Origin: an uncultured Staphylococcaceae bacterium
GTDB lineage: Bacteria; Bacillota_I; Bacilli_A; RFN20; CAG-826
Length of the DNA: 64,000 nucleotides
Direction: 5' to 3'
Assembly: GCA_964410505.1 (NCBI GenBank)
Contig: CAYPGR010000001.1
Location: 2,320-66,319, forward strand
How positions within the stretch are numbered: position 1 is the stretch's first letter; every line of letters begins with the position of its first letter. Positions 1-8,800 of the stretch are shown in pieces. Both the position numbers and the translations under genes were made by a program. The notes under the pieces were generated by a model. It was not told the origin of the DNA, searched no databases, and saw only the letters and a list, made by a program, of their open reading frames with translations.

Positions 1-363
1 AAGTAATACTTGACCAGCTTTTAAGGCGGCCACACGTTCATTTACTTTTTCGCCACTCGTTTCTGGCGAGAAGAAAACACGTTCTTTTCCAAGAATATCG
101 GCTAACCGTTTAAAAACAATTTCCATATTGTTTTTCTTTTTATCGGCTTCGACTTCTTCTGGGGTGCCTTTATGTTTAACTTTACCCAGGTGTGAGAATA
201 ACACAACTTTAGCCCCGTGTTCGAGTGCATAGTTGATGGTTGGTAAAGCGGCGACGATCCGGTTGTCATCACTAATGACATCACCTTTAAAAGGAACATT
301 AAAATCAGCCCGGATTAAGACTGTTTTACTTTTTAAATTTAAGTCTTTAATATTTTTTTGCAT
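1..363 (-). CDS. pgk: phosphoglycerate kinase, N-terminal part (gene runs off the window edge)
   Basis: Minus-strand translation from the ATG at 361-363 gives MQKNIKDLNLKSKTVLIRADFNVPFKGDVISDDNRIVAALPTINYALEHGAKVVLFSHLGKVKHKG, the canonical PGK N-terminus. An AAGGAG ribosome-binding site lies just upstream. Not in the ORF track because it has no in-window stop. Confidence 0.85.
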   Translation of the reverse strand, partial: MQKNIKDLNLKSKTVLIRADFNVPFKGDVISDDNRIVAALPTINYALEHGAKVVLFSHLGKVKHKGTPEEVEADKKKNNMEIVFKRLADILGKERVFFSPETSGEKVNERVAALKAGQVLL

Positions 364-382
364 AAGTTTCTCCTTTTTTAGA

Positions 383-405
383 TAAAAAGCGCCCGAAGGC
401 GCTTT
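383..405 (-). terminator. stem-loop terminator/attenuator between gap and pgk
   Basis: Perfect hairpin AAGCGCC-cgaa-GGCGCTT followed by a moderately T-rich tract on the minus strand, located between the gap stop (424) and the pgk start (363). Confidence 0.5.
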
Positions 406-423
406 CCATTATTAAATTGATGA

Positions 424-1455
424 CTATTTAAGACCGTGGATTCTTGCTAATTCTTTCGCTAAGCGAATGTATTGGCAAACATAACTGTATTCATTGTCAT
501 ACCACGACATAACTTTAACAATTTGGCCGCCTTCTGCTTCTAATACTTTCGTACCCGTTGCATCAAAGATCGATCCATAGGTTGAGCCAATGATATCACT
601 GCTAACGATTTCATCTTCAGTGTATTGGAACACACCTTTAAGATAAGTTTCAGCCGCTTCTTTCATCACTTTGTTGATTTCTTCGGCGGTGACTTTTTTC
701 TTTAAGACAACGTTTAAGTCAACAAGTGAACCATCAAGGACTGGGACGCGAAGGGCGCCGCCATCAAGTTTCTTGTTAAGTTTTGGTAAGACAAGGCCGA
801 TGGCTTTCGCAGCACCGGTTGAGGAAGGAACAATGTTCATTGCACCCGCACGTCCACGACGGTGATTGCCTTTCTTAGGTAAGTCAAGAATGGTTTGATC
901 ATTCGTGTAAGCGTGAACGGTCGTCATGAAACCACGTTCAATACCGAATTTATCTTCTAAGACCATGGCGACTGGGGCTAAGCAGTTGGTTGTGCAGCTT
1001 GCACCGCTAATAACAGTCATGTCTTTGGTTAATTTGTCAGTGTTGACACCATAAACAAATGTTGGGGTATCTTTGTCGGCTGGTGCGCTGATAATCACAC
1101 CTTTAACACCTGGTTGTAGGTGAACTGAAGCATCTTCTTTTCCTTTGAAGCGACCGGTACATTCAAGTACGATATCCACTCCATATTTGCTCCATTCTAA
1201 TTTGGTTGGATCCGGTTGTCCAAACACAGGAATTTCGCGGCCTTTAAAAACTAAGGCAGTGCCGTCTGCGCTAACACTAATGTCATCAACATGGAATGGT
1301 CCATGAGCGGTGTCATATTTTAATAAATATGCCAGGTTAGCGGCGTCTGTTAAGTCATTAATGGCGACTACTTCCATATCGCCAGCTTCGACGATTCTAC
1401 GGAATGAGAGACGACCAATGCGTCCGAATCCGTTAATTGCAACTTTAATTGCCAT
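424..1455 (-). CDS. gap: glyceraldehyde-3-phosphate dehydrogenase
   Basis: NGFGRIGR NAD-binding motif, ASCTTNCLAP catalytic cysteine motif, 343 aa, strong AAGGAGG ribosome-binding site. Confidence 0.95.
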   Translation of the reverse strand: MAIKVAINGFGRIGRLSFRRIVEAGDMEVVAINDLTDAANLAYLLKYDTAHGPFHVDDISVSADGTALVFKGREIPVFGQPDPTKLEWSKYGVDIVLECTGRFKGKEDASVHLQPGVKGVIISAPADKDTPTFVYGVNTDKLTKDMTVISGASCTTNCLAPVAMVLEDKFGIERGFMTTVHAYTNDQTILDLPKKGNHRRGRAGAMNIVPSSTGAAKAIGLVLPKLNKKLDGGALRVPVLDGSLVDLNVVLKKKVTAEEINKVMKEAAETYLKGVFQYTEDEIVSSDIIGSTYGSIFDATGTKVLEAEGGQIVKVMSWYDNEYSYVCQYIRLAKELARIHGLK

Positions 1456-1482
1456 AATAGTCCTCCTTCTTTATGCGTTTTT

Positions 1483-1513
1483 ATTATACAACAAAGAATG
1501 AGATTTTAGGCAA
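1483..1513 (-). promoter_or_regulatory. candidate gap promoter (TTGCCT ... TATAAT, 19-nt spacer)
   Basis: Minus strand reads TTGCCT-N19-TATAAT about 25 nt upstream of the gap ribosome-binding site. The spacer is longer than optimal, so this is tentative. Confidence 0.35.
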
Positions 1514-1592
1514 GAATTACATAAGAAAAAGGCAACTTTTTGCTTATTTAGAGAAAAATATACCGAAAGTAATGTTTTTGTCTTAATTTTTA

Positions 1593-1817
1593 TTATTCAC
1601 TGATGAGTTCAATGCCCAAAAGGAGGGAAGAGAGACTAATATCAAAGGCGGTACTTAAACGGAAAAGGACATTAAGGGTTGGATTTCTCCGGCCGTTTTC
1701 GACGTCACTTAAATAGTTGTGGTTGACATCCGCACGGACGGACAACTCTAATAAGCTCCAATTCTTTGCTTTACGAAGTTGCCGTAAGCGCACCCCGAAT
1801 TTTTCGTTAACGGTCAT
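1593..1817 (-). CDS. small XRE-family helix-turn-helix transcriptional regulator (about 74 aa)
   Basis: Starts at the internal ATG (MTVNEKFGVRLRQLRKAKNWSLLELSVRADVNHNYLSDVENGRRNPTLNVLFRLSTAFDISL...), a typical Cro/C1-type helix-turn-helix. The ORF-track start at 1877 overlaps whiA and is unlikely to be real. Confidence 0.65.
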   Translation of the reverse strand: MTVNEKFGVRLRQLRKAKNWSLLELSVRADVNHNYLSDVENGRRNPTLNVLFRLSTAFDISLSSLLLGIELISE

Positions 1818-2808
1818 ATTTTTTTTCCTTAAAAGGCGCTGCAAGCTCTTTGAGTTTAATAAAGAGGTGATTAACATTACCTTTACTAATGGGTTTTGGC
1901 GACTCTAGCTCAAGTGTTAAGAGTTCCGCTAACTCATTGAGGGTCGCATCTTCATGTTCGAGGCGCAAGCGCATGAGCGCTCCTAGTTTAATATTGTCAA
2001 GTGGGGTTTCGCCATAGGCTTTTTTCACGATTCTAATATTTTCAATTTGCTCTTCACTACTCCGTAATGTTTTATTGTAGTTAGCCTCATCACAAATAAA
2101 CATCCGATTGGTGGTGTTTTGCATATCACGGTCAATACGGATACTTTCAAATTCAAGGGACGCATTTGCCGCGCCGACAAAAACAAGAAAAGCACTAATT
2201 TGATCACTTCGTTTTAAGTAGACGATATATTTATCCCGGCGTTTACTCACTTTAGGCGTGAAGTTTGTCTTTTCAAAGCGCTCCAGCATTTTCGCAAGTC
2301 GCTCCGCATACTTTAGGTTATCAACCACCATTTCAAGATGGTAATTAGAACTGACCGGACTGGTCATCGAACCACTGGCTAAAAACGCTCCCGTGAAATA
2401 ACCCCCTAACGTGTCATCACTATAAACCACTTTACGGCTAATCGCACTTTCATAAAAGTCAATGGCTAAGGTATCGATAATTTCTTGAACCTTTTGGGCA
2501 ATGATCACATTGAACTTAATTTTCTTGCCAAACTTGCGGTTCGTTTGAAAAGAAAAATTCGGTTCAAATCCAAAAATGTCTTTGACTAGTTGATAAATGT
2601 ATTTCGCTACCTTTGCATTTTCGGTGCTCAGTTTGAGCGTTTCAACGTTATCGCGAATATTAAAATAACCGCTATGTTTAATAAGGGCGGCAAGCGTGGC
2701 TTTCCGTCTTGGTAAACTATAATCTAGCGTATTAAAGGTAATATCTTCTTTGGCTTTAATGGTAAAGGATACTTCTTTCATAGGTACATTATAAAGTAAA
2801 AGGGACAT
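1807..2808 (-). CDS. whiA: WhiA-like DNA-binding protein (LAGLIDADG-like domain plus C-terminal helix-turn-helix)
   Basis: SFTIKAKE N-terminus, GAFLASGS motif and a C-terminal helix-turn-helix typical of WhiA/YvcL. Synteny with trxB upstream matches Firmicutes. Confidence 0.8.
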   Translation of the reverse strand: MSLLLYNVPMKEVSFTIKAKEDITFNTLDYSLPRRKATLAALIKHSGYFNIRDNVETLKLSTENAKVAKYIYQLVKDIFGFEPNFSFQTNRKFGKKIKFNVIIAQKVQEIIDTLAIDFYESAISRKVVYSDDTLGGYFTGAFLASGSMTSPVSSNYHLEMVVDNLKYAERLAKMLERFEKTNFTPKVSKRRDKYIVYLKRSDQISAFLVFVGAANASLEFESIRIDRDMQNTTNRMFICDEANYNKTLRSSEEQIENIRIVKKAYGETPLDNIKLGALMRLRLEHEDATLNELAELLTLELESPKPISKGNVNHLFIKLKELAAPFKEKKYDR

Positions 2809-2839
2809 CTTGCCCCTTTTATTGTCTATATTCAGTCGG

Positions 2840-3769
2840 TTATTTCTTTCTCAAGTAGCGATTCGCTGCTAAGGCGGCGATACCTCCATCTGAAGTGGCA
2901 GTAATAATTTGTCGCAGTGTCTTTTTATTCACGTCACCAACACTGAAGAGGCCAGGTACTTTGGTCATCATATCTTGATCAACAAGCACATAACCTTTCT
3001 CGTCGCGGACGTCAAATTCACTTAAAAAGTCGGTGACAGCGTCACTCCCCACAAATGGGAAAACCGCTTTGACAGTGATTGTTTCTTCAGAACCATCGAG
3101 AATATTTTTAATGAGAATGCGTGTGACGCCATTTTCGTCACCAAATATTTCCACCGGAATTGAGTTAAGATGGAACTTAACGTTAGGAGAATTTTTAAGG
3201 ATTTCAAGAAGTGATTCATCCGCCCGAAATACTTCATTGCGGTGGACAATATGAATCTCGCGGACGATTTTTGAAACGAAAACTGCCTCTTCAATTGCAC
3301 TATTGCCGCCGCCAATAATGATGATGGCATCATTTTTATAAAGATTAGCATCACAAACAGCACAGTAGCTTACGCCACGACCCGTGTATTTAGCCTCACC
3401 AGGAATGCGGAGCTTTCGTTCTTGGGTCCCCGTGGCAACAATCACGGCCTTCGCGTAAAGTTCACCTTCATCGCTTTCAATCATAAAATAGTCATCTTGC
3501 TTGTGTATTTTTTGGACATCGGCATAATCAATACTCACGCCGAGGGCTCTTACTTGCTCAAACATTTTAAACGCCAACTCGGGACCACTGATATTTTCAA
3601 AACCAGGGTAATTATCAACCCATTGCGTAATATTCATTTTGCCGCCTGGCGCATATTTATCAACGATTTTAAATTTTGCGTTAGCGCGCGCTAAATAAAT
3701 CGCCGCGGTCATGCCGGCTGGACCAGCACCAATAATTAAGACGGGATGGATTACTTTTTCTTCATTCAT
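2840..3769 (-). CDS. trxB: thioredoxin-disulfide reductase
   Basis: GAGPAG FAD-binding motif, CAVC redox-active disulfide, GGGNSA NADPH-binding motif, 309 aa. Confidence 0.93.
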   Translation of the reverse strand: MNEEKVIHPVLIIGAGPAGMTAAIYLARANAKFKIVDKYAPGGKMNITQWVDNYPGFENISGPELAFKMFEQVRALGVSIDYADVQKIHKQDDYFMIESDEGELYAKAVIVATGTQERKLRIPGEAKYTGRGVSYCAVCDANLYKNDAIIIIGGGNSAIEEAVFVSKIVREIHIVHRNEVFRADESLLEILKNSPNVKFHLNSIPVEIFGDENGVTRILIKNILDGSEETITVKAVFPFVGSDAVTDFLSEFDVRDEKGYVLVDQDMMTKVPGLFSVGDVNKKTLRQIITATSDGGIAALAANRYLRKK

Positions 3770-4401
3770 AAAACTACCTCAATCAATTCACTTAAATCAT
3801 TTATCGTATAGGCGGCATGCAAGTCTTCTTGATGAAGACGGCGATAAGGGCGTAAGAAGGCGACATCAACCTTTGCATCCGCTCCCGCTAGTATATCACG
3901 CCAGTTATCACCGACAAAAAGGGTTCGATTTGGATCAACGCCCATTTCACTAATGATATGTCTTAGTCCGACGCCACTTGGCTTTTTAGGAAAGCCATCA
4001 TTACCACAAACGCTCATCATAAAACGATCGAGAATGCCTTCTTTTGCAAGAATTTGTTCTGCTGACGCACGCGCACGGCTTGTAAAGAGGGCAACCTTAA
4101 TATTTAACTTATCAAGATCATCGAGCATGCGAATGACATCAGGGAAGATGGTAATATCTTTCGCACTATCAGGCGCTAAACGATAATATTCATTTTTTAA
4201 TTCTTCAAGTTCATCATGCGGAAACAAAACCGGCAATGATTCATCAAGCGACGGACCGTTTAATGCGAGCAAGTCATCAATATTGACATGTTTCTTAATC
4301 AGAAATTTTTCGGCCATCTTTAATGCGACTTTGACGAGCGCAAGATCGCTATCAACCAAGGTACCATCAAGATCAAAGACAACTAAATCGTATTTACTCA
4401 T
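3766..4401 (-). CDS. HAD-family hydrolase (PpaX/YvoE-like phosphatase)
   Basis: DLDGTL motif I of the haloacid dehalogenase superfamily at the N-terminus (MSKYDLVVFDLDGTLVDSD). Its position next to lgt is as in the Bacillus subtilis hprK-lgt-ppaX region. Confidence 0.75.
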   Translation of the reverse strand: MSKYDLVVFDLDGTLVDSDLALVKVALKMAEKFLIKKHVNIDDLLALNGPSLDESLPVLFPHDELEELKNEYYRLAPDSAKDITIFPDVIRMLDDLDKLNIKVALFTSRARASAEQILAKEGILDRFMMSVCGNDGFPKKPSGVGLRHIISEMGVDPNRTLFVGDNWRDILAGADAKVDVAFLRPYRRLHQEDLHAAYTINDLSELIEVVL

Positions 4402-5713
4402 GTTTCGTATCACTTTCTTTAATCGCCACATCTTTTTTCTTTGTTAATAATTTTTTGAAATCAAAAATATGGTTGAGAACAATTAATAAGACACCCACCA
4501 CAAAGAAGATTAGCGCATTATAAACACTCCAGTTACCACCACTTCCCATATTAAAGAGGGGGTCACGAAGCGGTTCCATAATGAAGCGAACCATCCCATA
4601 CCACACTAAGTACATGAAACTAAGGTCAAGTGGTTTACGGTACTTTTTAAGGCGTTCACCAATGGCATAACGAATCACAAAGTAACCGGTAATGTTAAAA
4701 ATTGATTCGACAAGGAAGAATGGTTGACGATAAGCCCCCGCGAGATGTGTGGCATCCTTGATAAACATGTTCTCCATGACAAACCGAGGAACAAACCACC
4801 AGTTATTCATATTTTCAATCACGCCACCATAAACTTCTTGATTAAAGAAGTTGCCCCAGCGCCCAATCGCTTGGGCAATTAAGATGGTTGGAATGATCAC
4901 ATCAGCAGCAAAGAAAATATCATATTCTTTTCGTTTTTTAACAAAGAACCAAACCCCGACAATAATGCCGAGAAGGGCCCCACCCATAATCGCTAGTCCG
5001 CCATCACGAATGGCAAAGATTTGCATCGGATCACGGGCATAACCGCCGTTTTCCCATTCGCCAATCACGTACCATAAACGGGCGCCGACAATGCCTGCCG
5101 GGAAAGCCACATAGAACACATTTTCTAAAATCCCATGGCGACCATATTTTTTGAAAAATTCATGATCACTTAAGAAAAGGACTAAAAGGGCGCCTCCTAA
5201 AATAAAGAGGGCATAAAAAGCGACGACTGGTTCATCAAAGGGAATCCCTTTTACAAGCGGAAACTTAATGGCGTCGGCTAGGGTTAAACCATCAAGGAGG
5301 ATAAATAAGGTAACGAGACTAACAACTCCACTTATGATGGCAATAATTTTTGATTCCTTAGCCCATACCTTAAGGAGATTAAACTTATAGTAATGAAGCA
5401 CAAAACTCGTCACAAACGTTAATAGTGACAGTGCAAAAAGGAGGCTGCCACTCATTATCATGAGAGGCGCGACACCCGTTGCGTTTAAAGCAACGGGCAT
5501 AGTGGCCATAAAAGTACCAATCGTTGCAACCGCGATACTAATGGCAATGAGGCGATGTTTGCCTTTAAATAACTTCGTCACATCTTGTTCTTTTTTAACA
5601 TATTCATGGATGGTTAAACCAAGAATGGCTAATGATCCTACAATGATCAATCCAAAAATGACCAATAAACTAATCAGGACCCCTTCACTCATTGCGACAT
5701 TTAATAAATTCAT
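4394..5713 (-). CDS. lgt: prolipoprotein diacylglyceryl transferase with an N-terminal membrane extension of about 150 aa
   Basis: C-terminal 290 aa carry Lgt signatures (GRWGNFFNQEVYG, Y..W). The N-terminal extension has 4-5 predicted transmembrane helices. Confidence 0.85.
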   Translation of the reverse strand: MNLLNVAMSEGVLISLLVIFGLIIVGSLAILGLTIHEYVKKEQDVTKLFKGKHRLIAISIAVATIGTFMATMPVALNATGVAPLMIMSGSLLFALSLLTFVTSFVLHYYKFNLLKVWAKESKIIAIISGVVSLVTLFILLDGLTLADAIKFPLVKGIPFDEPVVAFYALFILGGALLVLFLSDHEFFKKYGRHGILENVFYVAFPAGIVGARLWYVIGEWENGGYARDPMQIFAIRDGGLAIMGGALLGIIVGVWFFVKKRKEYDIFFAADVIIPTILIAQAIGRWGNFFNQEVYGGVIENMNNWWFVPRFVMENMFIKDATHLAGAYRQPFFLVESIFNITGYFVIRYAIGERLKKYRKPLDLSFMYLVWYGMVRFIMEPLRDPLFNMGSGGNWSVYNALIFFVVGVLLIVLNHIFDFKKLLTKKKDVAIKESDTKHE

Positions 5714-5717
5714 TTGC

Positions 5718-8555
5718 TTACTTCCCCTTTTCTAAGTATGGTTTTAAGAAACGACCTGTATGTGAGGCCGGGACTTTAACAATATCCTCAGGGGTGCCGG
5801 TGGCGACAATCATCCCGCCATCATTCCCCCCATTTGGACCTAAATCAATAATATAATCCGCTACTTTAATAATATCTAAATTGTGTTCAATAACAACGAC
5901 AGAATCACCGTTATTCACAATCGCCTGTAAGGCAAGAATTAAACGACTGACGTCATCAGTATGTAATCCGGTTGTCGGTTCATCAAGTAAATATAAGGTT
6001 TTGCCAGTGGGTCGTTTTTGGAGCTCAAAGGCAAGTTTTAGACGTTGGGCTTCGCCACCTGATAATTCCGGCGCAGGTTGACCCAGTTTAATGTAGCCTA
6101 ATCCAATATCATTAAGCGTTTGTAAACGACGGACAATTTGATTTCTATTTTCAAAGAAAGAGAGCGCCTCTTCAACCGTCATATCAAGGACATCGACGAT
6201 GTTTTTACCGCGATACTTAATCGAAAGGGTGTCATCGTTATAGCGTTTTCCTTCACACATTTCACATTTTACATAAACATCTGGTAAAAAGTTCATGGAA
6301 ATACGGGTCACACCGGCGCCTTCACAATGTTCACAGCGGCCGCCGCGATTGTTAAAGGAGAATTGGCCCTTATCATAACCACGCGCCCGTGCGTCAACAG
6401 TCAAAGCAAAGAGGTCTCTAATATCATCGAATACTTTCGTATAGGTTGCCGGATTACTTCGTGGGGTTCGGCCGATCGGATCTTGGCTAATGTTAATCAC
6501 TTTATCAATATGTTCTAATCCTAAAATCTTTTTATGCGGTCCCGGATACGTTTCAACTTTACGTAAATAGCCATCGACGGCTTTATATAAGACTTCCTCG
6601 ACTAAACTTGATTTTCCTGAACCACTCACGCCTGTAACGACGGTTAAGGTATTAAGCGGAATCTTAACATCAACATCTTTAAGGTTATTCGCGGTCGCCC
6701 CAACAATTTCAATAAAATTGCCATTTCCTGGCATGCGCCGTGGTGGAAGGCCAATTTTCTTCCGCCCTGATAAATAATCACCAGTTAAAGAACGCGGACA
6801 ATTGATCACATCTTCAAGTGTGCCGCTGACGACAACCTCACCACCATGAACGCCGGCTCCTGGGCCAATATCAACGATATGGTCAGCACTCCGAATCGTA
6901 TCTTCATCATGTTCAACCACAATCAAGGTATTCCCTAAATCCACCATATCTTTTAAAGCTTGAATCAGGCGATCATTATCCCGTTGGTGCAGTCCTATAC
7001 TTGGCTCATCTAACACATATAAAACGCCTGTTAATTTTGATCCAATTTGCGTTGCTAAGCGAATCCGTTGTGATTCACCACCCGATAACGACTTACTCCC
7101 TCGAGCAAGGGTCAAATAATCAAGACCAACCTTAATAAGGAATGTTAAGCGGTGGTCAATTTCATCAAGCAAGAGTTGACTAATCGTTTGTTCGGTGACA
7201 CTAAGCCCTTTACGGGTGTTTGTTAAAAAGTCTTTGAGTTCCCCGATTTGCATGAGGGTCAATTCATTAATGTTTTTATGATTAATTTGAACGGAAAGGG
7301 CACTTTCATTAAGACGCTTACCGCCACAAGTCGTACACGTTGTATCACGCATAAATTTTTCATAATAATCGCGCATTTGTTCACTGACGGTTTCTTCATA
7401 GAGACGTTCAATCCTATTCTTGACCCCTTCAATTTTCCCTTTGCGATGAATAGTATTACCATTAACGGTAATGATCTTAAAGTCATGGGCCACGGGGCTA
7501 CCAAAGAGGATGACGGCTTGGTGTTTGGGGGATAAATCTTTAAATGGCACCCGCATGGGGATGTCATAGAGTTCACATAATTTTTCAAATTCTTGCCATT
7601 CAATATTTTGGGTTCCGACAATATTACGATGATATTCAACGGCCCCTTCAAGTAAACTAAGATTCATATCCGGGACAAGTATATTAATATCAACTTCACG
7701 TTTAATGCCTAAGCCGCGGCAATCAGGACAAAATCCCATGGGGGCATTGAAACTAAATAAGCGTGGTTCTAGTTTAGGCACACTAAAGCCACAGAGATGA
7801 CAAGAGTTATGGGCTGAATACATGACTTCTTCACTATTAAATAAAATCACAACATACCCATGGGCATAGTTGAGGGCTGTCTTTACCCCTTCTAAAATAC
7901 GGGAACGATTGTCCGCACTTAACACAACACGATTGACAACGAGGTCAATATCATGGCGTTTATTTTTATCGAGATCACCAACTTCTTCCAAAGTGAGGAG
8001 TTCCCCATTAACGCGTACCCGCACAAATCCTTCTTTTGCAATTTTTAAAAGGGTATCTTTATGACTGCCTTTTTCAGCTTTGACAATCGGGGCTAAAATT
8101 TGGATTCTTGTTTTTTCTGGATACTCGTAAATTTTATTCACAATTTGTTCGGGCGAAAATGATTTAATCGGGATGCCATGGGTCGGACAAAAGGGGACGC
8201 CAATTCTTGCATAGAGAAGACGGAAGTAATCATAGATTTCCGTAATCGTACCGACCGTTGAACGTGGATTGTTATTTGTGCTTTTTTGTTCAATAGAAAT
8301 GGCCGGACTTAATCCTTCAATCGAATCAACATCGGGTTTGGCAACACTTCCTAAAAATTGACGAGCATAACTACTTAAACTTTCAACATAACGCCGTTGG
8401 CCCTCATTATAAATCGTATTGAGAGCAAGCGTGCTTTTACCACTGCCAGAAAGACCAGTAAAAACGACCAATTTATTTTTTGGGATGGTCACATCAATAT
8501 TTTTAAGGTTGTTATCCCGCGCACCTTTTACAATAATATAATCTTTTTTATTCAT
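5718..8555 (-). CDS. uvrA: excinuclease ABC subunit A
   Basis: Two ABC ATPase modules (GLSGSGKS, GVSGSGKS), zinc-finger cysteines, 945 aa. Confidence 0.96.
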   Translation of the reverse strand: MNKKDYIIVKGARDNNLKNIDVTIPKNKLVVFTGLSGSGKSTLALNTIYNEGQRRYVESLSSYARQFLGSVAKPDVDSIEGLSPAISIEQKSTNNNPRSTVGTITEIYDYFRLLYARIGVPFCPTHGIPIKSFSPEQIVNKIYEYPEKTRIQILAPIVKAEKGSHKDTLLKIAKEGFVRVRVNGELLTLEEVGDLDKNKRHDIDLVVNRVVLSADNRSRILEGVKTALNYAHGYVVILFNSEEVMYSAHNSCHLCGFSVPKLEPRLFSFNAPMGFCPDCRGLGIKREVDINILVPDMNLSLLEGAVEYHRNIVGTQNIEWQEFEKLCELYDIPMRVPFKDLSPKHQAVILFGSPVAHDFKIITVNGNTIHRKGKIEGVKNRIERLYEETVSEQMRDYYEKFMRDTTCTTCGGKRLNESALSVQINHKNINELTLMQIGELKDFLTNTRKGLSVTEQTISQLLLDEIDHRLTFLIKVGLDYLTLARGSKSLSGGESQRIRLATQIGSKLTGVLYVLDEPSIGLHQRDNDRLIQALKDMVDLGNTLIVVEHDEDTIRSADHIVDIGPGAGVHGGEVVVSGTLEDVINCPRSLTGDYLSGRKKIGLPPRRMPGNGNFIEIVGATANNLKDVDVKIPLNTLTVVTGVSGSGKSSLVEEVLYKAVDGYLRKVETYPGPHKKILGLEHIDKVINISQDPIGRTPRSNPATYTKVFDDIRDLFALTVDARARGYDKGQFSFNNRGGRCEHCEGAGVTRISMNFLPDVYVKCEMCEGKRYNDDTLSIKYRGKNIVDVLDMTVEEALSFFENRNQIVRRLQTLNDIGLGYIKLGQPAPELSGGEAQRLKLAFELQKRPTGKTLYLLDEPTTGLHTDDVSRLILALQAIVNNGDSVVVIEHNLDIIKVADYIIDLGPNGGNDGGMIVATGTPEDIVKVPASHTGRFLKPYLEKGK

Positions 8556-8659
8556 ACCCCTTATTTTAACCTAAGAAGGACAAAATCAAGATAAAAACGA
8601 CTATCAAATAATTGATATCACTACTAATTTTTATAATTTAAATTATAATAATCTTTAGT

Positions 8660-8736
8660 CGGGACGTAGCACAGCTTGGTAGTGCGCTACCTTGGGGTGG
8701 TAGAGGTCGTGAGTTCAAATCTCATCGTTCCGACCA
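8660..8736 (+). tRNA. tRNA-Pro, anticodon GGG
   Basis: 77-nt cloverleaf folded by hand: acceptor CGGGACG/CGTTCCG, D-arm GCAC/GTGC, anticodon stem CTACC/GGTAG with loop TTGGGGT (G37), T-arm GAGTTCAAATCTC, 3' CCA encoded. Confidence 0.8.
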
Positions 8737-8753
8737 TTTTTTATAGGAACAAA

Positions 8754-8784
8754 TAAAAAACCTCGATTTTATTCGAGGTTTTCT
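8754..8784. terminator. bidirectional rho-independent terminator (tRNA-Pro and PFOR)
   Basis: Hairpin CCTCGA-ttttat-TCGAGG flanked by an A-run upstream and a T-run downstream on the plus strand. Confidence 0.7.
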
Positions 8785-8800
8785 TTACTTCGGTTTTCGG

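Noticed and set aside
1456-1592. Rho-independent terminator for the XRE gene upstream of gap
   Set aside because: Only a 3-4 bp GCAA/TTGC stem could be found near the A/T runs, which is too weak to call.
2800-2830. AAGGG...CCCTT hairpin after trxB that looked like a terminator
   Set aside because: The 3' arm is formed by the first codons of whiA (ATG TCC CTT) and no T-tract follows. It may affect whiA translation initiation but is not an intrinsic terminator.
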